Source: Promethearchaeota archaeon
Lineage (GTDB): Archaea > Asgardarchaeota > Thorarchaeia > Thorarchaeales > Thorarchaeaceae
Assembly (NCBI GenBank): GCA_048939765.1
Contig: JBHLPF010000039.1
Location: forward strand, 1-15,932
Reading direction: 5' to 3'
DNA length: 15,932 nt
Shown: positions 15,685 to 15,932 of the stretch, piece by piece
How the letters are laid out: every line of letters starts with the position of its first letter
Position numbering within the stretch: position 1 is the stretch's first letter
Notes under the pieces: generated by a model
Database searches by the model: none
Seen by the model: only the letters and a program-made list of their open reading frames with translations
What the model was told of the DNA's origin: nothing
Program-made: the position numbers and the translations under genes

Positions 15685-15829
15685 CTTGGTCGTTCGGGCT
15701 AGATTGAAGACTATTATCAGTCTATTCGTAACATATCTCGCACATCTTCAAACTCACAGCTACTCCAATTGTGCAGTTCGGTCTATTTCTTAAAGAGATT
15801 GGACCGACCATGTCCAGATTGTGGTTTCA

Positions 15830-15932
15830 TTGCCCGCGAAGGTTAGGATTGAAGCGATAGACATACTTGGAACTGGAGTGTGTTCAAAGGGAACAAAAAG
15901 TAGGTGAGGTCTACAACTACCCAGAAGATCGG
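15830..15932 (+). pseudogene. 5' part of a TIGR04076-like small protein with a +1 frameshift (truncated by window end)
   Basis: TTG 15830 (after GTGGT) gives MPAKVRIEAIDILGTGVCSKG then TKSR-stop at 15905-15907; the +1 frame from 15894 continues QKVGEVYNYPEDR, completing a G.C..G.KVG..(Y/F) pattern. Confidence 0.6.

Noticed and set aside
15886-15892. -1 ribosomal frameshift at A AAG GGA
   Set aside because: The -1 frame ends at TAG three codons later; the homologous-looking continuation needs +1.
1-15932. CRISPR array, IS or integrase, defence island, rRNA
   Set aside because: No periodic repeats, transposase or integrase motifs, or long non-coding stretch seen.

Overview
Gene-dense archaeal housekeeping region. 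Archaeal-type ProRS, CTP-dependent riboflavin kinase, Taw1, NadM and a proteasome beta subunit make it clearly archaeal. The overall protein style and a strongly Vps29-like gene suggest an Asgard lineage such as Ca. Thorarchaeota (inference, not verified). Gene order: trm5 > < DUF371 | pcm > < [ribK - translin/Trax - taw1 - B12/radical SAM - proteasome beta, minus-strand run] | nog1 > < rtcA | nadM > proS > D-2-hydroxyacid dehydrogenase > HhH-MutS-like ATPase > Vps29-like phosphoesterase > < hypothetical | frameshifted TIGR04076-like gene running off the end. No mobile element, CRISPR, rRNA or tRNA was seen. Best leads: (1) a ~100-nt structured, two-state leader with its own promoter and operator-like palindrome before proS; (2) a MutS-domain ATPase lacking Smr, translationally coupled to a Vps29-like metallophosphoesterase; (3) an orphan B12-radical SAM enzyme and an intact C3PO-like nuclease flanking taw1; (4) a proteasome beta subunit with Ala in place of the catalytic Thr1; (5) a +1 frameshifted small gene missed by the ORF track. 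All assignments come from motif recognition by eye; no searches or folding computations were run.
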